15,375 nt of DNA from an uncultured Methanosarcinales archaeon. Lineage in GTDB: Archaea > Nanobdellota > Nanobdellia > Woesearchaeales > JAGVZT01. A program made the translations under genes and the position numbers. The notes beneath the pieces are model-generated. The model saw only the letters and a list, made by a program, of their open reading frames with translations. It was not told the origin of the DNA and made no database searches. The stretch spans positions 1-15,375 of the forward strand of contig CAYQPU010000031.1 in assembly GCA_964419615.1 (NCBI GenBank). The letters are read 5' to 3'. The stretch's first letter is position 1, and each line of letters opens with the position of its first letter. Of the stretch, positions 1-6,916 are shown piece by piece.

Positions 1-2
1 TC

Positions 3-1223
3 AAGGATGAACCATCCGCAACACTAAATGATGGCAATTTAATCAAAAAAGGATACAATCAAGAGTTAGATGAAATCATTAAAATTAGATCAAGTGGAAA
101 AACCTATCTTAAGGAATTGGAACGACAAGAACGAGAAAAAACAGGAATAAAAAATCTCAAAGTCAAATACAATAAAATATTTGGATACTTTATTGAAATA
201 ACAAAATCAAACCTACAACTTGTACCCGAAAACTACATTCGAAAACAAACACTAGTTAATTGTGAAAGATTCATCACACAAGAACTCAAAGAAAAAGAAG
301 AGCAAATTCTAAATGCAGAAGAAATCATAATTAAAAAAGAAAGAGAACTATTCCTGCAAATAGTAAAAGATGTCGCCCAACACACAGAAAAAGTACAGGA
401 CACAGCAATGAAAATAGGAGTACTTGATTCATTGTGTAGTCTTGCTCATGTTGCAACAAACAACAATTACTACAGGCCCCAAATCAATGAATCTTTACAA
501 TTGGCAATTGAGGCGGGAAGGCATCCTGTGCTAGAACTTACCTGTAACTTTGTCCCAAATGAATGTAATCTAACAGTTTCGGAAATGATGATAATAACTG
601 GACCAAACATGGCAGGTAAATCAACATACATGAGACAAATAGCATTAATAGCGATTCTCGCACAAATTGGGAGTTTTGTTCCTGCATCAAAGGCTAAGAT
701 CGGCTTGGTTGATAGAATCTTTACAAGAGTTGGTGCATTCGATGATCTCACACATGGCCAATCAACATTTATGGTTGAAATGAAAGAAACCGCAAACATT
801 GTTAATAATGCCACATCAAAATCCCTAATTATTCTTGATGAAATTGGCAGAGGTACCTCAACATTTGATGGCGTAAGCCTTGCTTGGAGCGTTGCAGAAT
901 ACATCTACAAAAACATCAAAGCAAAAACATTATTTGCTACTCATTATCATATTCTAAACAAACTTGCTGATAGCTTTGAAAACATCAACAACTATAACAT
1001 AGCTGTCAAAGAAAAAGAAGGAGATGTAATATTCTTAAGAAAGATAATCAAAGGCGGAACAGACAAAAGCTATGGGATTCATGTTGCAAAACTTGCAGGA
1101 ATGCCAAAACAAGTACTAAAAAGAGCAAATGAAATCCAAGCTAGACTTGAGCAAGAAGACAAAATGATCAAAAAGATCAAAGCAGACAAAGATATAAAAC
1201 AGACCTTTCTAACGGACTTATAG
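3..1223 (+). CDS. mutS: DNA mismatch repair protein MutS (MutS1), 5'-partial; frame is open to the window edge
   Basis: The frame is open from position 3 (KDEPSATLNDGNLIKKGYNQELDEI...). It contains the clamp/lever segment (LKVKYNKIFGYFIEITK, YIRKQTLVNCERF) and MutS ATPase motifs: GRHPVLE, Walker A ITGPNMAGKSTYMRQ, DRIFTRVGAFDDL, STFMVEM, Walker B IILDEIGRGTST, FATHYH, and KSYGIHVAKLAGMP. Confidence 0.96.
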   Translation, partial: KDEPSATLNDGNLIKKGYNQELDEIIKIRSSGKTYLKELERQEREKTGIKNLKVKYNKIFGYFIEITKSNLQLVPENYIRKQTLVNCERFITQELKEKEEQILNAEEIIIKKERELFLQIVKDVAQHTEKVQDTAMKIGVLDSLCSLAHVATNNNYYRPQINESLQLAIEAGRHPVLELTCNFVPNECNLTVSEMMIITGPNMAGKSTYMRQIALIAILAQIGSFVPASKAKIGLVDRIFTRVGAFDDLTHGQSTFMVEMKETANIVNNATSKSLIILDEIGRGTSTFDGVSLAWSVAEYIYKNIKAKTLFATHYHILNKLADSFENINNYNIAVKEKEGDVIFLRKIIKGGTDKSYGIHVAKLAGMPKQVLKRANEIQARLEQEDKMIKKIKADKDIKQTFLTDL

Positions 1224-1244
1224 GCAAACTTCACAAAAGAAATA

Positions 1245-1283
1245 TTTATATACCTAAAAACTAAGAATTGCTCTAAGAGGTGA
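1245..1283 (+). promoter_or_regulatory. Archaeal-type TATA box (TTTATATA, 1245-1252) and SD (GAGGTGA, 1277-1283) for the small ORF at 1288
   Basis: An A-rich BRE-like stretch (CAAAAGAAA) precedes TTTATATA. GAGGTGA ends 4 nt before a TTG start, the same spacing as at the Lrp gene. Confidence 0.6.
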
Positions 1284-1287
1284 TTTA

Positions 1288-1461
1288 TTGGCCAAAAAAA
1301 AGAAATGTGACTGCCACAAATGGATTGGTGTTGCTGTTTTATTGGTTGGATTTTGGTTTTTACTAGCAGACTTGGGCTATGTGGAAAACACTATCAACTG
1401 GTGGACCGCAGTATTCCTTATACTGGGTGGTAAAAAAGTCTACAGTGCATTTTTCGAATGA
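1288..1461 (+). CDS. Small membrane protein, 57 aa (not in the ORF track)
   Basis: TTG start with SD. Translation: MAKKKKCDCHKWIGVAVLLVGFWFLLADLGYVENTINWWTAVFLILGGKKVYSAFFE, a basic N-terminus followed by two hydrophobic segments. The stop overlaps the next ATG (ATGA). Confidence 0.7.
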   Translation: MAKKKKCDCHKWIGVAVLLVGFWFLLADLGYVENTINWWTAVFLILGGKKVYSAFFE

Positions 1462-1580
1462 AATGTCCCCTTTGTAATAAAGGAAATTACATAAAAAAGA
1501 GAACAAAGAAAATAGGTGAAACCCTCTACACATTCTATAAATGTGATCAATGCAATCATCAAGTTGCTAAATCATCTTAG
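1458..1580 (+). CDS. Small zinc-ribbon protein, 40 aa (not in the ORF track)
   Basis: MKCPLCNKGNYIKKRTKKIGETLYTFYKCDQCNHQVAKSS has CxxC-x22-CxxC. It overlaps the upstream ORF by ATGA and ends 8 nt before the convergent stop at 1589. Confidence 0.7.
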   Translation: MKCPLCNKGNYIKKRTKKIGETLYTFYKCDQCNHQVAKSS

Positions 1581-1588
1581 CATTCTAC

Positions 1589-2245
1589 TTAACCAAAAGA
1601 ATTCTTAATAGTTTTTCTAATATAATTAAATTGGTACTTAAAAATATGTGCTGAGCCAGACAATGTGGCTAAGAATCCAATCTTGCAATCTAGTTTTTGT
1701 GCTACATACTCTTGTAAAGAAAAACTTTGATACAACGAAGCAGGCCAGCCGAACCATAAATCATTACTTCTGATGTGAGATGTAATATTCAACTTGTTAT
1801 TTCTAAGTTTAAAATCAATTGAAACCCAACCCGGGACCATCTTATTATTTGGATTCCCATCAATCTTTGGATGCCACAAAATTACAATTCCTCTTCTGCT
1901 CATCTTGTTTTTTTTGAATAAAGGTATTAAAAAATCATCAATCTGATTCAAATTTTGATAATTAAAAATTCTGGGTCCATACAAATACATATGACCTGGG
2001 CTAGCTTTTTTTCTAAGCACAATGTTATGTAGCTCATCAAGAGGAGGATAAATCCATTTTTGAAATCCACCTAAAGTTGTGATTGGTTTTGTAATGTCCT
2101 TTGTTGGTTCTTCAATAACAGAAAGCAAATTAATTACCTCTCTGCAAATCTTGCCATTCTCATCCTTAAAATCAACTCCATTATCCAGTACATACCTTAA
2201 TGAAGCATGCCATGCATCCAATGTTGTATTACATTTAATTTCCAT
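1589..2245 (-). CDS. Thymidylate synthase-fold protein (archaeal ThyA-like), probably catalytically inactive or repurposed
   Basis: ThyA motifs run along the whole length: YGPRIFNY, NQID, SRRGIVILWHPKID, VPGW (normally VPC), RSNDLWFGWPAS (normally PxN), SAHIF (normally HIY). The likely start is the ATG at 2245, 1 nt after the upstream stop; the track's TTG at 2254 is an alternative. No symbol is given because the nucleophile is missing. Confidence 0.85.
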   Translation of the reverse strand: MEIKCNTTLDAWHASLRYVLDNGVDFKDENGKICREVINLLSVIEEPTKDITKPITTLGGFQKWIYPPLDELHNIVLRKKASPGHMYLYGPRIFNYQNLNQIDDFLIPLFKKNKMSRRGIVILWHPKIDGNPNNKMVPGWVSIDFKLRNNKLNITSHIRSNDLWFGWPASLYQSFSLQEYVAQKLDCKIGFLATLSGSAHIFKYQFNYIRKTIKNSFG

Positions 2246-2246
2246 C

Positions 2247-3827
2247 TCAAACAAACTCTGTTAATTTTATATTTTTATGACTCTTACTAAAATCATAACA
2301 AAAAAATGGGATTTTGTAACTAGTAAAAATTGTATTAATCTCTCTCCAAACATCATCTGCTCTTGGGGAGCCTAATCTAATAAATCGAATTCTGTCTCCT
2401 CCTAAAAACAACTCAAACAATTTTTCCTTATCAGACAACATTTTTTTTGTTTCTTCAGAATGTAGAGCTTCACTGTTACTTATTTTCAATTTTCCAAATC
2501 TTGGTTTGCTAAGCTGAGGATTTTGGACACCAAAATCACAAGAAAAGCAAACTTTAAATCTGGTTGGAATCCCGCAGCTCAAATAAATTGTTTCTTGGGA
2601 TGAAGAAAAATTTTGTACTTCTTGATCTAGCTTTTTAATTAAGGACATTGTATCTTCTGGATCTATCCCAGTTTGTCTCCAACCATAATTCCAAAACCTT
2701 ATGTAACTTCTACTAAGACTTAAAAACTGAGAACTTAGTTTAGTTGAAACATTAAAATATTCTGCGCTCTTTCTTCTCTGCATTGAGTTAGCAGTAAGAA
2801 GTGCTTTAACAACAGCCATTAGCATTGACCTAAATTGACTTGCACTTTTGTTCTCAGTCCAGAACCTATAAACATCAATTGTTACTGATGTCTGTGCACA
2901 AGCTATCCCCTGAGAATCTTTCCTAACATCCTTAATATAATTTACCCACTCATCAGGATTAAAGGTGTATGGTCCTGCAGCTCCAATCATGTATGGTGCT
3001 GCATGTAAATCTTGATTTTTAAAATATAATATGGAATTACTTTTTGAAACAGCTTCTACTGCCTTTTCAATAAACTGTCTATTGTCTCTAAGCTCACCAA
3101 CCCTCAGATCAAAAATAAAATTAATATTTTCAAACTTTGATCTTAATAGATTATAAATATCAAACTTTTGATCAATATTAGTCATATCAATAATACATGA
3201 AATAGTTTTTCCATAATCCTCACACATCTTGTCAAGTTTTGACAAAAATCTCTTAACACTACCACTAGTATTATTAATAAACAAGCTCTCAAAATCATTT
3301 AGTGAAACAACATCATTTACATCAGAAAAGCAATCAATTATCTTTTTATAATAATCTTTTAGATTGTCAAATCTTTCTGATTCGAGTAAAATTGCATTAA
3401 GCCTTTCAACCCAGGTCTCAGGATTTTGCCTATGAACAAAACTCTTTTGCTCATAACCTTCAATCGGAACAGCTGGCATAATTGGTTTTTCAATCACAAT
3501 CCTTCTTTTGTATTTATCAATAATATAACGCTCATCATCATTAATACCTAATTCAAAGAATTTCTCACCCTTACTACCCTCTCTTTTTAATTCAACAATA
3601 CCTTCTCCTATTAATTTGTTTAAATAATATAGTACTCTTCTGTGAAGTTTAGCCTTACTATTCTTCGCCAATTTAAGCTGTTCTTGAGAAGAAATCTTGC
3701 TTTTTATAATATCATCAAGCTCAATGCTTTTGCTGGGAAATACATTCATTACAATGTCTGAAGTTGAGAATTCGTTGTTTGGTTTTTTTTTAAAAAAACT
3801 CAATATTTCATACTCAGTTTTTCTCAT
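2247..3827 (-). CDS. Hypothetical 526-aa protein with an N-terminal winged helix-turn-helix domain
   Basis: Long ORF with an ATG start. The N-terminus (EILSFFKKKPNNEFSTSDIV...LHRRVLYYLNKLIGEGIVELKREGSKGEKFFEL) matches the wHTH pattern of recognition helix, LxxLxxxGxV and a wing. I do not recognise the remaining ~430 aa. Confidence 0.75.
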   Translation of the reverse strand: MRKTEYEILSFFKKKPNNEFSTSDIVMNVFPSKSIELDDIIKSKISSQEQLKLAKNSKAKLHRRVLYYLNKLIGEGIVELKREGSKGEKFFELGINDDERYIIDKYKRRIVIEKPIMPAVPIEGYEQKSFVHRQNPETWVERLNAILLESERFDNLKDYYKKIIDCFSDVNDVVSLNDFESLFINNTSGSVKRFLSKLDKMCEDYGKTISCIIDMTNIDQKFDIYNLLRSKFENINFIFDLRVGELRDNRQFIEKAVEAVSKSNSILYFKNQDLHAAPYMIGAAGPYTFNPDEWVNYIKDVRKDSQGIACAQTSVTIDVYRFWTENKSASQFRSMLMAVVKALLTANSMQRRKSAEYFNVSTKLSSQFLSLSRSYIRFWNYGWRQTGIDPEDTMSLIKKLDQEVQNFSSSQETIYLSCGIPTRFKVCFSCDFGVQNPQLSKPRFGKLKISNSEALHSEETKKMLSDKEKLFELFLGGDRIRFIRLGSPRADDVWREINTIFTSYKIPFFCYDFSKSHKNIKLTEFV

Positions 3828-3850
3828 TAAGTGGGGAGTATGATGAAGTA

Positions 3851-3868
3851 ATATATATATTTTTGTGT
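3851..3868 (-). promoter_or_regulatory. Probable TATA box ((AT)5) with an A-rich BRE-like element for the wHTH/ThyA-like unit
   Basis: The minus strand reads ACACAAAAATATATATAT, ending 23 nt before the ATG at 3827, which fits a leaderless or very short-leader transcript. Confidence 0.5.
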
Positions 3869-3924
3869 TTCAGGAAAACCTTTCAAAAACAATATGTTTC
3901 AGGAAATTTCTGAACCATTCAGAA
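3866..3924. repeat. Direct and inverted repeats in the divergent promoter (candidate operator)
   Basis: Direct repeat TGTTTCAGGAAA at 3866-3877 and 3895-3906. Perfect 7-3-7 inverted repeat TTCTGAA-CCA-TTCAGAA at 3908-3924. Near-palindrome TTCAGGAAATTTCTGAA at 3898-3914. Confidence 0.7.
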
Positions 3925-3987
3925 AATAATGGCTGGGAATATATTTATTTTGACATTGTTTAAGTAGATTGAACGTGAGGTGATTGA

Positions 3988-4464
3988 ATGGTATCAACTA
4001 AAATCAAGGCAAAAGACTTAGTTATACTAAGTCATTTGAGAGAAAATGGTCGGACCACATTAACCAAAATAAGCCGGAAGACATCAATACCTGTAACAAC
4101 AATATACGAACGACTAAAACACCATGAAAAAGGAATAATACAAAGACATACACTGTTGTTAGATTTCAATAAATTGGGATATAACATAGTGACAAAAATG
4201 CTATTTGGTGTGAACGTGGAAAACAAAAGAGATTTGGGAGAATTTCTAACCCAAAGCCAACAAGTAAACTCGGTTTACAGAATAAACAATGGATATGACT
4301 TCATTGTTGAAGGAATATTCAGACAAGTAAGAGAAGTAGAGCGGTTTATTGAAGATGTTGAATCCAAATTTGACATCACTACAAAAAAATATTATTTTGT
4401 ATTAGAAGATCTTAAACGAGAAGGATTCATGAGTGCCCCTCAGAATCCAATGAAATTAGTTTAG
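3988..4464 (+). CDS. Lrp/AsnC family transcriptional regulator
   Basis: N-terminal HTH (KDLVILSHLRENGRTTLTKISRKTSIPVTTIYERLKHHEKGII), linker LDFNKLGY, and a C-terminal RAM-type domain (VYRINNGYDFIVEG). SD GAGGTGA at 3977-3983. Confidence 0.92.
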   Translation: MVSTKIKAKDLVILSHLRENGRTTLTKISRKTSIPVTTIYERLKHHEKGIIQRHTLLLDFNKLGYNIVTKMLFGVNVENKRDLGEFLTQSQQVNSVYRINNGYDFIVEGIFRQVREVERFIEDVESKFDITTKKYYFVLEDLKREGFMSAPQNPMKLV

Positions 4465-4480
4465 ACTGCAAAATAATATG

Positions 4481-4489
4481 AAAAAAAAA
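4481..4489 (-). terminator. Possible oligo-U terminator for the minus-strand racemase cluster
   Basis: A9 on + (T9 on -) about 65 nt downstream of the stop at 4554, between convergent genes. Archaeal intrinsic terminators are U-tracts. Confidence 0.3.
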
Positions 4490-4553
4490 TATTTAGCAAC
4501 AGCCCTCATTTCAAATAATAGATTCCAATAACACTTAATTCTCAGAAAGGTTA

Positions 4554-5279
4554 TCAGTAATGCAGTTTTGGTGTACATTTAATAGGTGCCTCTTTATCCA
4601 TAAGAATATTAATCATCTCTTCTGATGGCTCAAAAAGTTTTGCGTCAGTTTCTACCGCTAACTGTTCATAAAAATATGGGAAATGAGTGCAACCCAAAAT
4701 AATAATTTCAGCTCCACTTTTACCCAAATAATTACATATCTTATGAAGTGAGTGCTTTTTAATTATCTTGTCAGGTGAAATCTTGTTTTCAACATCATAA
4801 ACAATATTTATATTACCATAGCCGATAACAAAGGCATTCTTATTTTTCTTAAGAATTCTTTTTTCAATATTACCAACGCTCTGTCCATTAGCTGCAAGTA
4901 GACCAAATTGACTATGACTTAAAGCTAGTTTCTCATAAACCTCTATTGGAGTAGCAATTGTAGCATTTGTTTTGTTCAGCACTAGAGGCAAGTCAATTGC
5001 ACCTGATAGGGAATTACAGTATATCATTACTTTTCTTATTCCTTGACTTTCAAGTAATTTCACTGCTTTGATTACAATTTTTGTAAGCTCAGGTTTATTT
5101 AATGCCTGCAGCCTTGTTTGCTCCTGCGGAGTATTTGATATTGAAACACCTGTTGCAGGAATATTTTTCTGCTTAAGTAATTCTAAACCAAGTTCAGTAT
5201 CCACAGTAGTTGCTGCAATAACTCCAATAGCTTCCACATCAAAATTTATCACATTATTTTCCACAATTTTTATTTTCAT
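4554..5279 (-). CDS. Aspartate/glutamate racemase family protein (cofactor-independent, two-cysteine)
   Basis: Both catalytic motifs are present: IYCNSLS and ILGCTHFP. Likely ATG at 5279 with a purine-rich SD (GTAGAGGG); the track uses the TTG at 5285. It lacks the MurI GxFDSGxGG N-terminal motif, so it is not called murI. Confidence 0.85.
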   Translation of the reverse strand: MKIKIVENNVINFDVEAIGVIAATTVDTELGLELLKQKNIPATGVSISNTPQEQTRLQALNKPELTKIVIKAVKLLESQGIRKVMIYCNSLSGAIDLPLVLNKTNATIATPIEVYEKLALSHSQFGLLAANGQSVGNIEKRILKKNKNAFVIGYGNINIVYDVENKISPDKIIKKHSLHKICNYLGKSGAEIIILGCTHFPYFYEQLAVETDAKLFEPSEEMINILMDKEAPIKCTPKLHY

Positions 5280-5324
5280 TTCCAATCCCTCTACTTGTTT
5301 AATTAATATATAATTTATTCTTTG

Positions 5325-5340
5325 TATTTAAGTTCTCTTG
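5325..5340 (-). promoter_or_regulatory. Possible internal BRE/TATA for the racemase gene
   Basis: The minus strand reads CAAGAGAA-CTTAAATA in the ~80-nt gap, 46 nt upstream of the ATG at 5279. Confidence 0.35.
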
Positions 5341-5361
5341 AACAATTTATTCCCATAGGAA

Positions 5362-6900
5362 TTATCTTAAGAGCATTCCTTTTCGAGCACCAGTTAACTT
5401 TCCATCATTAACACATAGCTCACCATTAACAAATACATAATCAACTCCCTTTGAAAGCAAAGTGGGCTCCTGAACAGTTGCCCTATCTCTAACTAATTTA
5501 TCAAACACAACAATGTCTGCAAAATATCCTTGATTAAGTTCTCCCCTCATAGGAATATTGTACCTTTTAGCAGGTGCAGTTGTGACCTTATCTATTGCAG
5601 TTTCAATACTAAGTGGATTAGGAGTATATTTTGAAATTAATCTTGGAATGTTTCCATAATTTCTTGGATGACATAGCGTTTTTTCAGAACTATCATAAAT
5701 AAGAGCATCTCCGGCAACAATTGAATTATTATGGGTTAATACTCTAACAACATCCTCTTCAGACATCATATCATCAAGTGTGCACTTGACTAGTGGATCT
5801 TGTAACAATAACTCAACAGCTGTTTGAAAGCATGACAAACCTAATTCATCTGCAATATTAGAAACTGTTTTTCCTGAATATTCAATATTAGAACACAATG
5901 TAATATACACATCAGCCCAATTGTTATTACACCACGAATGAACTCCATGAGCATTAGCTTCTTGTTCTGCTATTTGGTCAAATTGAATATTTTTAAGTAC
6001 ATCCTCAGTAAGACCATCCACACCATAAAGAGACTTTGGCACAATAACTCTCAGAGAAGTATGAGCCCCTCTATACAAATAAACCTCTAGCCCAATGTCC
6101 ATACCTTGATCATTACCTTCATCTATCAATGAAATTGTTCTTTGTGTCAATCCCCAATTATCTCTTCCAGCTGCTTTATGGTGAGCAATTTGAAGTGGAA
6201 CTCCTGCTTGGTCCGCAGTTTTTATAGCTTCCTGCACTGCTTTTACTACCTTTGGTCCTTCATTTCTAAGATGGGTTTTGTAAAGTCCTCCAACCCCATT
6301 TAAAGCCCCCAGTATCTTTATCATCTCTTGTTCTGATGTAAACATACCTGGTGCATAAATAAGTCCAGAAGATACTCCTAGGAATCCAAGCTCACCCACA
6401 TATTCTCTTACGATTTCCTGCATAGCTTTGATTTCTTCAGAAGATGCAGGTTGAGTATCTTGTCCCATAACAGAATATCTAATGGACCCTTGACCAACAA
6501 GGAATCCTGCATTCAACGGTATTCCCTTTTGTTCCAATTCAGTAAAATAATCCTCCGGATTTTTCCATACTCTACTTTCTGTATTCTGAATTATTGCGTC
6601 ATTACCTGAAGTAGGTAGTGCAGAAACACCGCAATTACCAACAACAATTGAAGTAATACCTTGAGTTAATAGATTTGCGCCATCATAACCTCTACTGAGC
6701 AAAATGTCTCCATGATTATGTACATCAATAAAACCAGCAGATACATATTTACCTGATGCGTCAATAACTTCAAATCCTTCTTGCACTGTAATATGATCTG
6801 AAACATGTTCAATCTTATTACCTCTAATAAAGATATCTTTTTGCATTGTTCCATCTTTTGACACAAGACTTCCTCCTTTGATCAAGTACATTTTGTTCAT
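5362..6900 (-). CDS. N-acyl-D-amino-acid deacylase (D-aminoacylase family amidohydrolase)
   Basis: Family motifs: GFIDVHNHGD (HxH), GITSIVVGNCG (Cys ligand), GVSSGLIYAPG, HLRNEG, QIAHHKAAG, AGD (catalytic Asp), HPRNYGNIPR, RGELNQGYFADIVVFD, and GVDYVFVNG. SD GAGGAG upstream. Confidence 0.9.
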   Translation of the reverse strand: MNKMYLIKGGSLVSKDGTMQKDIFIRGNKIEHVSDHITVQEGFEVIDASGKYVSAGFIDVHNHGDILLSRGYDGANLLTQGITSIVVGNCGVSALPTSGNDAIIQNTESRVWKNPEDYFTELEQKGIPLNAGFLVGQGSIRYSVMGQDTQPASSEEIKAMQEIVREYVGELGFLGVSSGLIYAPGMFTSEQEMIKILGALNGVGGLYKTHLRNEGPKVVKAVQEAIKTADQAGVPLQIAHHKAAGRDNWGLTQRTISLIDEGNDQGMDIGLEVYLYRGAHTSLRVIVPKSLYGVDGLTEDVLKNIQFDQIAEQEANAHGVHSWCNNNWADVYITLCSNIEYSGKTVSNIADELGLSCFQTAVELLLQDPLVKCTLDDMMSEEDVVRVLTHNNSIVAGDALIYDSSEKTLCHPRNYGNIPRLISKYTPNPLSIETAIDKVTTAPAKRYNIPMRGELNQGYFADIVVFDKLVRDRATVQEPTLLSKGVDYVFVNGELCVNDGKLTGARKGMLLR

Positions 6901-6916
6901 TCTACTTTTCTCCTCA

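Noticed and set aside
1589-2254. Annotation as a functional thyA
   Set aside because: The catalytic Cys, specificity Asn and HIY Tyr are all substituted.
3783-3798. T9A7 homopolymer near the 5' end of the wHTH gene (phase variation or frameshift site)
   Set aside because: The ORF is intact (FFKKK), there is no meaningful alternative frame, and similar runs are common throughout this AT-rich window.
4478-4531. 17-aa ORF MKKKYLATALISNNRFQ after the Lrp gene, resembling the start of a signal peptide (possible gene remnant at an insertion boundary)
   Set aside because: It is too short, has no SD, and neither alternative frame continues it. The Lys run comes from an A9 tract that is equally explained as a minus-strand terminator.
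5349-5361. Small hairpin TTCC-CATA-GGAA right after the deacylase stop
   Set aside because: A stem of only 4-5 bp with no U-tract is too weak to call a terminator.
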